From Vicugna vicugna (Eukaryota): DNA of 64,000 nucleotides. The notes beneath the pieces were generated by a model. It saw nothing but the letters and a program-made list of their open reading frames with translations, was not told the DNA's origin and searched no databases. The stretch is from contig MU058257.1 of the NCBI GenBank assembly GCA_013265495.1, positions 379,418 through 443,417 on the forward strand. Reading direction: 5' to 3'. Each line of letters opens with the position of its first letter. Within the stretch, counting starts at the first letter, position 1. Shown here one piece after another: positions 12,200-57,144 of this stretch. The position numbers and the translations under genes are program-made.

Positions 12200-12975
12200 T
12201 ATAACCAACCCTCTATTCCCTCCCCAAACATACGCATTCTTTCTCACCCTCACATCTAGGACCATCTGACAAGTGCTATGGATTCTACCTCCAATATAGT
12301 GTTCAAATCTTTCATTTCTCCCCAGTTTCACCACCAAAAGCCTAGTCCAAGCAACCATCAATCCTTCGCCTGGACCACCGTGTTAGCTTCCTGCACTAGT
12401 CTCTCTATCCCCGTCATTTATCCTCTGTATAACAGCTACAGTAATCTTTGCTTTTCTTGACAATCTTTTAGGAACATAGGTCACATTGTGGTATTTCCTC
12501 CATAAAACTTTTTAAATGATTTTTCCATTGCCCTTAGAACAAAATTTACAAAGCCCAAGAGGCCATGGCTACTCTCTCCTGCCTACTTGTACTTCCTCAT
12601 CTTTTCTGTGGGTCTGCTCCACCCAACTCTACTCACCCCCAAACCAAGCTTCGACCACACTAGCCTGCTTTCAACTTCTTGAACACTCGAGTGCTTTCAG
12701 GCCTCAGTCTCTTTGGAAAGCTCTCCCCTAGCTCCTTCTCATCTTTCAGTCTCTGCTGAAGTATCAGTTTTTCTAAGCCTTTCCAGACCACCCTATGTGA
12801 CCAGGCCCTGTTGATAACCTTTCACCTCAGCCTTTTCATGACTTCACCGTACACACTACTAAGGGGTACCTGTCTATTATCCATTATCCTCTTTAAACTA
12901 TAAACTTCACGAGGACAGAAGTGCTGGGTGTTTGGAGCCCCGCACATGGCACGCATTCAGTAACTATTAGCAAAT
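12200..12975 (+). mobile_element. Degenerate L2 fragments (approximate)
   Basis: cctagtccaagcaaccatca..cctggac.., ccacactagcct..cttgaacac.., ggcac..cattcagtaa 3' motif. Confidence 0.5.
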
Positions 12976-13049
12976 CATGAATTTAAGCAAATAAATAAAT
13001 GAATAAGAGAAAGTCGAAACGGCATGCATTTAGCAAGCGTTTTAAAAGG

Positions 13050-13800
13050 CTACCTGTAAAAACGAAAAACTGGACCCTTAAACAGCGTAGACTGCGGGAC
13101 TCCTGGCACCTCACGGTGCGTTTCGTAAGTGTCCGCAGCCCCCCGCCCCGACACCCTCCGTCCCTCTGGACTCAGCGCCCATCCCGCCGCCGACCCCGCG
13201 CAGGCCCCGCGCTCGGCCCAGGCCGGCCCCGCGCTCGCCCAATTCCAGACGAGTCGACCTGAGCGTCCCCGGGCTCCGCGTCTCCCGCCCTCGGAGCTCA
13301 CAAAACTCTCTCGCAGACTCGCGCCTCAGGCCCTCTCACCGCCACCCATACACCCAGACCCGCTTCGCTGCTTACCGGCTCCTCAGTCCTTTCCTTCCCT
13401 CAGCCAGACCCGCCAAAAATCCCAAATTGGCTCCGCCCCCGTCGCTGACGTCAGGCGCACGTCTGCTTGGAGCGGCACTGATTGGCTATGTCCGAGCTCT
13501 GGGCGGAAGCAACCTGGGGGAGCGAGCGATTGACGGTCCTTGCGTAGAGTGATCTGATTGGCTCACGTGACCGGCGCCATCTTAGTTGGGGGCAAGGGAA
13601 TGGCCAGTCGGTGCAGCCCGGACCTCCTTCGGGTAAAGGTAGCGTCCCCACCGGCGCCGGGAAGTTGAAGTGTTCCCGTCCGGTATTTTTACGGGAGGTC
13701 ATAAGTCAGTTCCTGACACTTTCCGGGACTGACTGTACCATCCGGTCCATAGCCTCATTTTCTCTTCCTCTGAGGTGGAGGGTAACCCTGCGCAGAGCCC
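13050..13800 (-). promoter_or_regulatory. MCM10 CpG-island promoter
   Basis: E2F TTTGGCGGG (13409-13417), CCAAT boxes (13426, 13481, 13557), GC box 13433-13438, CRE TGACGTCA 13446-13453, ETS-like GGCGGAAG ~13502, E-box TCACGTGAC 13563-13571, YY1 CGCCATCTT 13575-13583. Confidence 0.88.
13376..13425 (-). other. MCM10: MCM10 non-coding exon 1 (5' end approximate)
   Basis: Strong donor GAGCCG|gtaagc at 13376/13375 inside the CpG island, just downstream of the core promoter motifs. Confidence 0.7.
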
Positions 13801-16112
13801 ACTGCAAACCTCACCCCCGCCCTCACGAATGTGCTCTGGTTGCGCTGACTGTATACAGGTCTGAACAAGCTGGTTAATTATTTCACCTAGTTGATTATTT
13901 TACAGCTTTGTGTTCGGTTGAGATAATTGGGCCCCCAAACAAACAAAAATCGGGTCCACTTTTACCTCCGTCTGACCTTGGTGAAGTAGTAACATCTTCA
14001 CCGTCTGTAAAATGGGAAAAAAAAAAAAAAAAAGGCTAGACACGGTAGAAACCACTATTTCCAGAGGAGTTCTTGGTCCATAGACTTTGAGAATTGTACC
14101 TGGAGTCAGAGCTGGGAACAACTGGTCAGGAGAGCACATTTTACACAGAAATGCAGATTTTAAAAATGTATTTACATCCTAAAAAGTGTCTGTACATAAA
14201 TCCAAGGACGCAGTTTCTAGATACACAGTAATAACATAGCTTCTATGTAATTTCAAAGAATTCAAAGCAGAAGAGTTTTGGATGGATCAAACGACCATTT
14301 TACCATTAAAAAAATTTTTTTTTCCCTTGTAGACTATTCGGGCACTGCATTCCCCACTAATCATTTTATACAAGGTGGCATCTCTGTCCACTGTGTTTAC
14401 CTTCATTTTCAGAAAAATTAAAATCAGCATTAGATTGGCTGGAAAATCAACTGTCCTAATGCCAGCTACATTGATTTTTTTACCCCCTGTGTCCTAATGG
14501 AGATTAATGCTCTATTTAGGTGCTCAGCCTTATTATCTGAACCTATTACAATGACCCAGAAATATGAACAGTACCACTTTTAAAGCTGCTAGTGTTGAAA
14601 AGTTCATAGTAATGGAGGAACTGTAGTAATCACGTTGAAGAAAGGAGTTTAAATGCATCTCTACAGCTAATTATAAAGGCTCATCATGGAGTTATTCTTA
14701 GTCATTATGCAGAAATTCCTGGACCAATTCTGATTCTTATTCCAAAGTTCTTTTCTTCCTCTTGACTTTCCAAGGCCACTTTGTATCCAATCCATGCAAG
14801 AAACACAAAACAAAACCAATCTAAGCCCTCAAACTTTTCAAGAGTGAGGAACCAAGCAGTTATATTAATTGGAATGAGTACAGTTGTGATTCTGCGAAAA
14901 AAGGGGGAGGTGAGTTTGAGAAAGAATTAGAGTAAATTCAGAACCCACTGAATGTGAAGATAACAGGGAGTGAGAAGGAAGGAGGGAGAGGGGAATTCAG
15001 GTGGTTTTTGAGACAATGCACTGAAGTAGGTAGCACAGGAAATACAGAACAGGTTAGGGAGAAGACAGATTTAGTTTGGGATTTCAAAATGAGATGTGTG
15101 AAAGATACTAAGAAAAGCCCTGTAGCCAGTTTGATGGCCAGTTTTGAGGTTTTAAGAAGAGGTCTGTACCGGACAACATCTTTAAGCGTCATTAACATAC
15201 ATCTAAAATAAAACCTAAAACAAAGTATCAGTGTTGTAGTAGTTCTTACACCCTTCTGACAGGAGGCAATCACAGATCCCTTTCTGAATACAATAGAAAT
15301 GATGCATCTCCCTGCCCCCAGAAAAATGCACTCTCATACATTCACGATTTTGTGTACCTCTTGAGGGGATTCACGTATTTTCCTCAAGACACCCCTCCAA
15401 ATCAAGAACTTCTACTGTAAAAGGCAGAAGCATGGGGAGCACAAAAATTTGAGCCAATGACAGAAGCTGAGCAGGAACAGATAGAGTGGTCAAAAAAGCG
15501 GGCCGCCACCTAGCCTCACGCAAGAGGGTGACCTTTACCTGCACCTGCCCTTCATATGGCCTCGGTCTGGTCCTCTTCCTCTGCCCTCTCCACAGGGTGA
15601 AGAGTCCCAGAGCTGAGGGGATGTCCCTATCCAGATACTGAAAGCCCCTTGAAGCCAAAGCTGTAGGTCCTGGGACCCTGGAATTTTTTACTCACAGGCC
15701 CTAACTGGGCTTCAAGGACCTCTGTGGGCCTCTCCTCGTCCTTCTGATGGTAGATCCCTCTAAGGGGTGGCGTTTGAGGGTGGTGGTGCAGGGTGCCTGG
15801 ATAGCAGGTTGGGGTGTCCCCACTCTTGGGGAGAGGCCGCCAAGCAGCACAGAACTGAGTCCAGGTGGGAAAAGAAGCAGGATTTGCAGGGCTGGGGGCC
15901 ACTTCTCATGATGTCCTGTTTCAGTGTGAAGCTCCAAGGAGATTTTAGTTTTATCTATAAAACTTTAAAACTCTATACATCAGATATGTGGGCCTCCATT
16001 TGTATTCTTGCCCCAGAGTTTTCCAGTGTGAGGGGTGGGCCTGTAGGAAAATGGCACAGGATGCCAAGGAAGGAGAGTTTTAAGAAGGAAGTAGTAATTG
16101 TCAGTGCTCTCG

Positions 16113-16330
16113 AGCAGGGGTTCTCAGTGGCCCCCAGACCAGCAGCATCAGCACCACCTGGGAACTTGTTAGAAATCAAATGCTTGAGCCCCATGCCAGA
16201 CCTACTGAATCAGAAACTAAGGGTGGGACCCAACATTCTGTGTTTAGCCTTTGTAGTTACTGCATCTTTCTGTAGCAGTGGTTCTGAAACTATAGTGCAT
16301 CAGAATCACTGGGAGGGACTTTTAAAACAT
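16113..16330. mobile_element. MER5A-like hAT MITE fragments
   Basis: cagcagcatcagcaccacctgggaacttgttagaaat..agacctactgaatcagaaact signature. Confidence 0.75.
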
Positions 16331-16649
16331 ATCATAGAATAAGAGGGAAAAAGGCCGCAAAGAGAGTTAAGGTTAGGCTGCCTCAAGCCTCTTTCCCCCA
16401 GATGCCACTGGGCCATATCGCTAAGTACATCCCTTGTCACCTCTGCTCTCATCCTTTCTCTCCTATTTACCTCTAACTGGCTTACTTTCAGTCTCAACCA
16501 CCTTCAACCCATTTCCCTTGTTGCTCCATTTACAGCAAAATCTTGGCCTGGCTGTTCCCTGATCAAAATTCATCTGTAGCCATTTGGTGCCTGTAAATCT
16601 CCAACTCCTTGCCATTCAGGAACTTTACTTGCAGACCTGACTCCGTAGT

Positions 16650-19600
16650 TTTGCTTTTTCCAGAGTGTCATACAGTTCGAATGATACAATATGTAGCCTT
16701 TTCAGATTGATTTCTTTCACTTGGCAATATGCATTTAAGGTTCCTCCAAGTCTTTTTGTGGTTTGATAGCTTATTTCTTCTTAGCACTGACTAACATTCC
16801 ATTGTATGGATGTACCACAGTTTGATTATCCATCTACCTATTGACATCTCGGTTGCTTCCAGGTTTTGGCAATTACGAGTAAAGCTATTTTGAAAATTCA
16901 TGTGCAGGTTTTGTGTGGATATGTTTTCAGTTCATCTGGGTAAATATGAAGGATGGATGTATGCTTAGTTTTGCAACAAACTGCCAAATTGTCTTCCGAA
17001 GTACCACTCTGCATTTCCACCAGCAATTATTGAGAATTCCTACTGTTCCACATCCTCCCCAGCACTTGGTGGTGTTATTGTTTTGAATTGTAGCCATTCT
17101 ATTATGTGTGATAGTATCTTGTTGAAATTGTCAATTCCCTAATGACATATGATGTTTAGCAACTTTTTGTATCTTTATTTGCCAACTGTACATTTTTAGT
17201 GAGGTATCTGTTATCTTTTGCCCTTTTAAAAAGTGGGATGTCTTCTTATTGTTTCATTTTAAGAGTTCTTTGGATATTTTGATACCAGCCCTTTTTCAGA
17301 TGCATGTTTCAGATGCAGATTTATTCCTAGTCTGTGGCTTTAGTTTTTGTGAAAGGTGTAAGGTCTGTGTCTCTTAGATTCTTTTCTTTTTGCATGTGGC
17401 TGTTCAGTTGTACCAGTACCATTTGTTGATAATACTATCCTTTCTCTGTTGAACTGCTTTTTGTTCCTTTGTCAAACCCCAGTGGACTCTCTGGGTCTAT
17501 TTCTGAGCTTTCTGTTTTGTTCTCTTCATATATTTATCTGTTCTTTCACCGGTACCACACTGTCTTAATTACTGTAGTTTTATAATAAGTCTTGAAGTTG
17601 GGTAGTTTCCGTCCTCCAGCTTCGTTCTTCTCATTCAGTGTTGTGTTGGCTATTCTCGTCTTTTGCCTCTCCATATAAACTTTAGGATCAGTTTGTTGAC
17701 AGCTGCAAAATAACTTGAGATTTTGATTGGAATTGGCATTGAATCTGTAAATCAGGTCTGAAGAACTGACATCTTAACAGTATTGAGTCTTCATGTACAG
17801 GAACGTGGAGTATCTCTCCATTTATTTAGTTCTTTAATTTCTTTTATCAGCTCTTACACATATTTTATTAGATTTATAACTAAGAATTTCATTTTTTGGT
17901 GTTAATGTAGATGTCACATGTTTTTAAAATTTCAAGTTCCAAGTTGTTCATGGCATTACTGATATTAGTAATTTTTGTCTTCTGTTTTCTTAGTTAACAT
18001 GGCTTAGAGGTTTATCAGTTTTATCAGTTGTTTCAAAGAACCAGTTTTTGGTTTCATTGATTCTTTTCTATTGATTTCCTGGCTTAAATTTCATTGATTT
18101 CTGCTCTAATTTTTATTATTTATTTTCTTCTGCTTATTTTGTGTTTAATTGCCATTCTTTTTCTAGTTTTTTTTAAAAGAAGCTTTAATTACTGGTTTTA
18201 GATCCTTTTTCTTTACTATGTATGCATTCAGAGCTAAACATTTCCTGCAAAACACTGCTTTCACTTCATCCCCAAATTTTGATGTTATATACTAATTTCA
18301 TTTAGTTTAAAATATATTTAAATTTCTCTTTAGACTTCTCCTTTAACCTGTTATTTACAAGTGTGCTTAATCTCCAAGCGTTTGGAGGGTTTCCAGGTAT
18401 CTTTCTATTAATGATTTCTAGTTTAATTCCACTGTGGTGTGAGAACATACTGTGTATGGTTTCTGTTGTTTTAAATTTCTTAAGCTGTGTTTTATGGCTC
18501 AGAATGTGGTCTGTCATGGTAGATGTTCTGCATGAGCCTGAGAAGACTGTGTATTCGATCATATGTGGAATATGAAATAGTCTATAAATTTCAGTTAGAT
18601 CTAGTTGATTGACAGTGCTATTCAATTTAATCATGTCCTTAATAATTTTTTTGCCTATTGGGTCTGTTAATCATACTGATAAAGGGTATTGTGAAGTCTC
18701 CAACTGTACTAGTGGATTCATATATTCTTCCTTGCAGTTCTGTCAGTTTTTGCCTGATGTATTTTGAGGCTCTGTTTTTAGGTACATATACATTAGGGAT
18801 TGTTATGTCTTCTTGGAAAATTGGCCCCTTTATCACTTGCAGTGCCCCTTTATCCCTAATAATTTTTCTTGCTTTGTAGTTCTCTTTGTCTGAAATTAAT
18901 ATAGCTACTCCAGCTTTCTTTTGATTAGTGTTAACATACTCTCTTTCTCCATGTCTTCACTTTAATCCACATATGTCTTTATATTTAAAGTAGGTTTCTT
19001 GTAGGCAGCATATACATGGGTCTTTTTTTTTTTAATCCACTCTCAGAGTTTCCATCTTTTAATTGGTATATTTAGACCAATGGTATTTAAAGTGATTATT
19101 GATATAATTGGTATAACACCTACCTTTTTATAAAAAATGTTTTCTATTCACTGCTCTTGTTCTTTGTTTCTTCTGTTGTCTTTCATTCTATTTCTGGCTT
19201 TTCTGGTTTTAACTGGGCATTTTATGTTATTCCATTTTCTTTCCTCTATTAGCATATCAATTGTATTTCTTTTTTTTTAACTTCTTGGAGGGTAGGGGTG
19301 CTCTAGTGTTTTTTTATTTTTATTTTTTAATGGTTAAAATGGTAAATTTTATGTTATGTATATTTTCCACAAGTTAAAAAATAAAGGAATGGGTACTGAT
19401 ATATGCTATAACATAAACCTTAAGAACATTAAGTGAGAGAAGCCAGACACAAAATAACACCCGTAATTCCATTAACAATGTTCTAAAATTGACTGTAGCA
19501 AAGGTTGTACACATCTGTGAATATACTAAGGACTACTGAAATGTATACTTTAAATGGGCAAATTGTGTGGTCGGTGAATTACATCTCAATAAAGCTGCTA

Positions 19601-21570
19601 AAATTTTTTCACTGATTTTAAAACTAGCATCACATTTACTTGACCTCTGAAGACCTTACGTGGCACCTCACAAATTCTGGAACCACATTCTGCTGATGAG
19701 CTTTAAAAAAAAAAAAGGAACAAATAAATGGAAGACAGAGGTTTACAATGGCTGGCAGGGAAGATGAGAAAGATCTGTGACTAGGTGAGGTGTCTCTCCA
19801 ATCATGGGGGCAAGAACAAGGCAAGATTATAAAACACACTAGGCTGAAGCTGTCAGATACCTTTATTTGGTCCTTACGATTCATGAAGCCACCTACACAA
19901 ATCACTTTCTGTATCTCTACTGCAAGTAGCAGCAGCTGTAATCCAGGCCAAAAATGGAAGACACAGCAGTGGAAGACCTTGTAGAGAAAAGGTAACAGGT
20001 GAATCTCTGCATATCCAGGCTTAGGTTGAAGGTAGGACAGGAAAAGGGTATAAGTACAGGATTCCAAAGACTGTTCTTCAAAGCAGAAGCCTGCAGAGGT
20101 CCTAGCTGAAGGATGCAGGTGCAGGCTCACAAAACTGCCCAGCTCAGCAATCAATCCAAAGTCCCTTCCAGAAAAGCAAATTCATCCACAGCTTCTATTG
20201 CATTATCCAGATCTCTCCTCTGAAGGGTTTTCCTCTTCCCACAGGTAGTGAAAATGCCTTGTAACAGAGTATTCCCAATTCTTCCCACCCATACCTTATA
20301 ACATTGTTCTCAATTATTTCATTTATCCATTAGCTAGAATCACCAAATACTTGTGGCTATTGTTACTCTGAACAAACTGTTACCTGTTAGTTATATTATA
20401 AGAAAAATAAAAGACTCTTTTATCTTCATGTATTCTTTCTCTAATGCCCTTCGCTTCTTTATGCAGATCTGTGTTTCTGATCTATATAATTTTCCTTTTC
20501 TCTGAAGAACTTCTAACATTTTTTTGCAAAGCAGGTTTACTGGCAACAAATTCCATCAATTTTTGTTTGTCTAATAAAGTCTACTTCTCCTGCACTTTGA
20601 AGGATAGTATCCATAGACACAGAATGTAGGTTGGTGGTTTTTCTCTCTCAGCTTTCTTCTTACTTGTGTGGTTTCTGAAGAGAGGTCTGATAAATTTCTT
20701 ATCCTTGCTCCCCTACAGGTAAGGTTTTTCCCCTTCTGGCTTCCTTCAAATTTTTCTTGTCTTTGATTTTCTGCAGTTTTCACATGACATACTTAGGTGA
20801 AGATTTTTTTTTTTTTGAGATTTATCCTGCTTAGTGTTCTCTGAGCTTCCTGGATCTGTGGTTTGGTGTCTGTCAATTTTTGAAAATTCTCAGCCATTAT
20901 TACTTCAGACATTCCTCTGGCCCCTTCTCTCCTCCTTTTCCTCTGGTATTCTCATTACACGTATGTTACCCTTTTCTGAAACTTAGGTGATAAGAGTAAG
21001 GCTAGAGGGGGCCAAAGTTGGGTATTTTCCCCCCCAGTTTGGTTAGGCTCTGATAATATCCCAGCAAGTTAGGCTCTGGCAAAATAGTTTCTCTTGAGGG
21101 CAGACCTTCTTAAGAGGAACAGAATGCTCTGGTGTATTTCAAAATGTCTACTTTTCCCCTCCCCCTGCTGGGATTATGTGGGAATTTTTGCTAATCTTCA
21201 GTGTAAGAATCTGGGAGGGCTCCTGGAGGTAAAAGTCACAAGTGCAGGGGTCCCTGTAAGACTAGTCTCCCCCTGGAGTTAAGTCTCAAGGTCATCCACA
21301 CTGAGCCTTTAGCAACTCTTCAGTTATAGTTTAAGTTTTCCTACTCAGGTACTCGGCTCTGGCTGTGGTTTCTGCTCCTAAGGCCCTGAGCTGGTAATCT
21401 GTGACTCTCTTTATCTACCTGTCTCTCCAATTTGGGGGTAGAAGTTTTCCCTGTGACCTCAATTCTCTGAAGGATATTTAAAGAGTTGATGATGTTAAGT
21501 CTGTTCAGCCATCTTTCTTGTTACAAGGATAGGAGTGATGACTTCCATGTTCCTTAACATGCCAGACCAG
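16650..21570 (-). mobile_element. Large fragmented old L1 (ORF1/ORF2 remnants), intergenic between OPTN and MCM10
   Basis: Minus ORFs 18302-18836 resemble L1 endonuclease (LDLTEIYR..DHILSHK..SHHSGIKLEI; IKGPIFQEDITIPNVYVP..VGDF). ORF1-like 20571-20783. Confidence 0.85.
19309..20243 (-). pseudogene. POLE4: POLE4 5'-truncated processed pseudogene (C-terminal CDS 20240-20151 plus 3' UTR)
   Basis: Minus strand 20240-20151 reads GKRKTLQRRDLDNAIEAVDEFAFLEGTLD*, the POLE4 C-terminus. UTR-like sequence follows with AATAAA at 19867-19862. Candidate decayed poly(A) at 19328-19309; the 3' boundary is less certain. Confidence 0.9.
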
Positions 21571-21696
21571 ATCAAAATTATTTTTAAATATAATATTCGA
21601 AGACCTAATTTTGTAAAATTATTAGCTGTGAAATTTTCCCTTGTTCATTCGTATTTCTTCAGAGTTCCCATCTTTCTGTTGCTCCCATTTAGCCAT

Positions 21697-21817
21697 ACAA
21701 GGATATGAAAACAAATACATGTATGTATATGTATGACTGAATTACTATGCTGTACAGCAGAAATTGATACAACACTGTAAACTGACTATACTTCAATAAA
21801 CATTAAAAAAAAAAAAA
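21697..21817 (+). mobile_element. Short L1 3' end with poly(A)
   Basis: tgtatgactgaa..tgctgtacagcagaaattgatacaacactgtaaactgactatacttcaataaa + A-tail. Confidence 0.8.
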
Positions 21818-23200
21818 GAATACAGCATGGCTGGCCCCAGAAGAGGGGCCAAAATTCTGATGAGGTGTAGTTAACTGGTAACATGGAATGAGTCCTTTGA
21901 AGACTGAATTAACTGGATAAGACATGTACAGACTTCACAAGTTGTTTACCAAACCATTTGATTCTCCTAAAACAATAGCCTTAATTTAAACTGACCATAT
22001 GAACTTGCCTTCATCTGCAGTCCTTCTAATTACCAAGTAAACAGTTTGATCACAGGCTTAATAAGCATATTCACACTGTTATTTCACATTGGGATCAGCT
22101 TAATATTTTTACCTGAACAAAGTAAAAGGATATTCTCAATAACTTAAATATGGAACCATTTGATTTGCTTTTCAATTTAAGATACTTTAGAAATCTGTCT
22201 TCTCCAATATAAAATAGTAAGGAAAAAATTTTAAACTAGAAACTCTAAATAAGAAATTAGAAGTAAAATTTCATACTTATTTTAGAAATGTCTTTAACAA
22301 ACGTTCTCCATGGGGTGAGGTGGTGGAATCTAAATTGCTGTTGAATTTGTGCAATGTGTTCTCTTGACATAAAGCTATAATGAACTATTTTGATTCCTGT
22401 TTTAAAATATACATATACATACACACACAAGTCAAGTTTGTCTAGGAGATAAGTCTTACAACAAAGCCAAACAGAGAAGATTTAACATTTTTCTGTTAAA
22501 TGTTTTTTGATATAGATACATAAGGACATTAATAACTTTCACGGCTAGTCCAATATTAGCTAATCTGGTTAAACTGTATGTTTACAAAATATGGCAAATC
22601 CCTATCTTTTCTCCTCCTTAGAAAGAACAGTTTCTAATTCAAACAACACTTACTAGTTTCTAGTAAAGGGATTTGCTCATATTTGTGGAATTAACAAGAT
22701 AGTTCTGAAAAAATATTAAGCTTATATGAAGCTGAATACAGAAAAACATACATCCTATGAAATTAGCCAGTCATATATGAACAATGTAAAAGAGTCATAA
22801 GCAAAATTTTATTTTGAAACAACTATTTTTGTGATTACGAATATAGAGCCTGATCCAGGAAGAAAATTAATAGATAGCTGTTCTTTTTAGAAGTTAACAG
22901 ACTATTCAGTATTAAACTATTCAGTAGGTAACTGAATAGCAGACAGACATATGCCTGCAGCACAACGAAAGAAAAAGAGAGCTTTATACTGTCAATAGTT
23001 ACAGGAAATCCAGTGAACTTAATGTATCTGCTTCGTGTAGGCTCATATGTTTTTCATGTGTCCTGATGATCAAGTAAACACTCACAGGGCTCATATGAAA
23101 AGAGCCACATCATAACTTTGGTGCTGTGGCTGAAATAAAACTGTAAGATATATACATATACAGACCTGTCTTAAATGGATAAAGGAAAATAACAGTATAA

Positions 23201-23206
23201 TTTATT
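23201..23206 (-). terminator. Candidate proximal OPTN polyadenylation signal (AATAAA); another at 22808-22813
   Basis: tttatt on plus strand ~410 nt downstream of the OPTN stop. Usage not demonstrable from sequence. Confidence 0.5.
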
Positions 23207-23618
23207 ATAAAAAAAAACTTCAAAGACACTTTTCTTGATTAAATCTGTGACTGCATCATTTTCCCTACCTCCTTAGAACGTTCTTAATCAGCTAGGCTTC
23301 ATCCATCTTATTGCCACTCTTACTGTGTCCATGATGTCACACACTCACTACCTGCATGAACAGTTCAGTGCTCGTGTAAACTGAATTAAAAGAAGAAAAA
23401 GAACCTATTGTCAGAAGAGTGGTATGTTAAGGATTCTATTTTGTGATTTTATGGAAATCCACACACAAAAAATTGCCCTATTTAGAACACAACACTTTCC
23501 TTTCTCCTAAAATAATGAGCCAAAATATTTGAGTGAAACAAATAACACACAAGTACAACTCTTGGAGGAAAAAAATCTGACATTTACCAACAGTTTGGGG
23601 GAGGTGCAACGTCAACAC

Positions 23619-55369
<31,751 letters not shown>

Positions 55370-57144
55370 GGCAGCAGTTTCTACGGAAAAGCCACAAAGT
55401 AGAAACATCCCCCTCTGCGAGGGGTCCCCACAAGTCCCACAAACCCACATGCGGGCACTGGTAAGTATCCTAGAAGGTGCCGACTTTCTCTCCCGTCATA
55501 TCTCAAACAATCTTGATTCTTTCTTTTAAACAACAAAGGTCCATCCTAGCTTCAGTTTGTATGTCTGTGTATAAGGGCACAGAAAGGGGTATAAAGTGAG
55601 GATGTGGGAGATGGAGCAGGAAGAGCTGGGTATAATATGATGACCAGGAATCCTAATGTGAGGAGTTCAAGAGGGTTTCTATGATATATTTGTAGATATG
55701 GGCAAATTAAATCGATTTTCCCAAGAAAATCTTTGAGCTCAAATCTCCACATTTTGAGTGAATTGTATAGGATGTGGATCATATCTCAATAATTAACTAT
55801 TTAAAAAACTCATTTTATTTCTTGTATTTTTGGCTAAAAGGAAATGTAGAATTGACATATTTTGGATGCTTACTGTGAGCTGATTCAGTGCACCAGAGGG
55901 TCAGTTTCTAATCCTCACTAAAACTCAACTAGACAGCTATTTGAGCGACAGAGCTGAGCTCACAGACGCTTTATAGGTCATCCAAGGTCACTTAGAAGCT
56001 CAATGGAGCATTCAGGATGGTTCCCAAACCCAGCCCTGTCATACGGTGAACGTACCACTGGATACTTAGGCTTCCATACACGATACTTCTGCAAAGCACA
56101 CTGAAAAGACAGAACGTCTGGCTTAGTGGCTGCCTATTCTGAGAGCAGTTTAAGCATTCCACTTTATTTTGTAGAGCAGTCAATGTGTCCATAAATAAGA
56201 TACACGGGTGTACCCCAACTGTCCTGCTCTCTGGCCTACCACCTGGGCAAACGTTGAAATCTAATGCTGTGGGCACACATTTTCTTTTTCACTTTTTCAC
56301 GAAGATGATGATTATGCCTTTTCATGAGGAACTGCAAAGTCACTGCATCCATCACTGGAGGATGAGGAGAGCGCAGTGCTCTGATTCGTCGTATATCACA
56401 GTCTCACAACCCTGTGAGTGCTCCCTAGATGAACATGGGAGACTGGCCCATGTAACTCGCCCAGACTCCACATTCCACTCCATTCAGCCATCGCACACTA
56501 TCAGAAATCTTAAAGAAATAACCAAGGCCGCCAGAAGGATGTTTTTTGTCCTATTTCTTCTCAGCAATAAGAGTCAATGAATTGCTTGCAAAGAATTTAC
56601 TACTGACTTGAATTTTCACTTTGTCCAAAGAACCTTGTCCCTAGAAGTTCCCACATACACCAGTAGAACCTGCCACCACCACCAGGAGGGCAGAGGACAA
56701 ATGGCTGTTTCTCTAAGAGACCACAAGGGAAGCATCCATTATGATTTTTAAGTCCCTGTGCCTGTTAGGGCAGAAGCTGGTGAAACCACCATATGTTAGT
56801 GCCCATATATTACAATACACCAGTCCCTGGGAGTGCAGAGCACTCCCCATTCCGACAGCATGCAATCCCTGGGCTCTCTGGAGGCCTCCTGGAACCCACA
56901 GCCTGGCGACCTGCTCTTGGTCTGAAGGTACTTGTCCTCCTGACAGCCCAACGCCCCCGCCCCTGGCACTGCGGCCTGTGTGACTTCTCTAGAGCAGCAG
57001 AGGTACAGGGTGAAGTGTGTCATCTCTTCACGTTAGGTGACCAGAATAGACTGCTTTTGTTTTCCCCTATAAAATAATTTGGATAAAATAATTTGAATAA
57101 AATCAGTTTCTGGCTTTCCGTTAAACTCATTTTTGCACAGTTAT

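Noticed and set aside
12999..13877. Overlapping Pro/Arg/Ala-rich ORFs at the MCM10 5' end
   Set aside because: Expected stop-codon depletion in a CpG island; no recognisable homology.
15695..16043. Possible old hAT MITE bounded by caggccc/gggcctg, and the 191-aa ORF 15767-16342
   Set aside because: The inverted ends are too short to support a call. The ORF runs through MER5A sequence and has no recognisable protein similarity.
19636..20154. 172-aa minus-strand ORF
   Set aside because: It is a chance frame through the POLE4 retrocopy 3' UTR, starting at a non-ATG codon.
15..20240. TAF10 and POLE4 retrocopies (both histone-fold proteins, POLE4 a replisome subunit) flanking MCM10 as a functional cluster
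   Set aside because: Both are disabled or truncated. Short housekeeping mRNAs are common retrocopy sources, so coincidence is sufficient.
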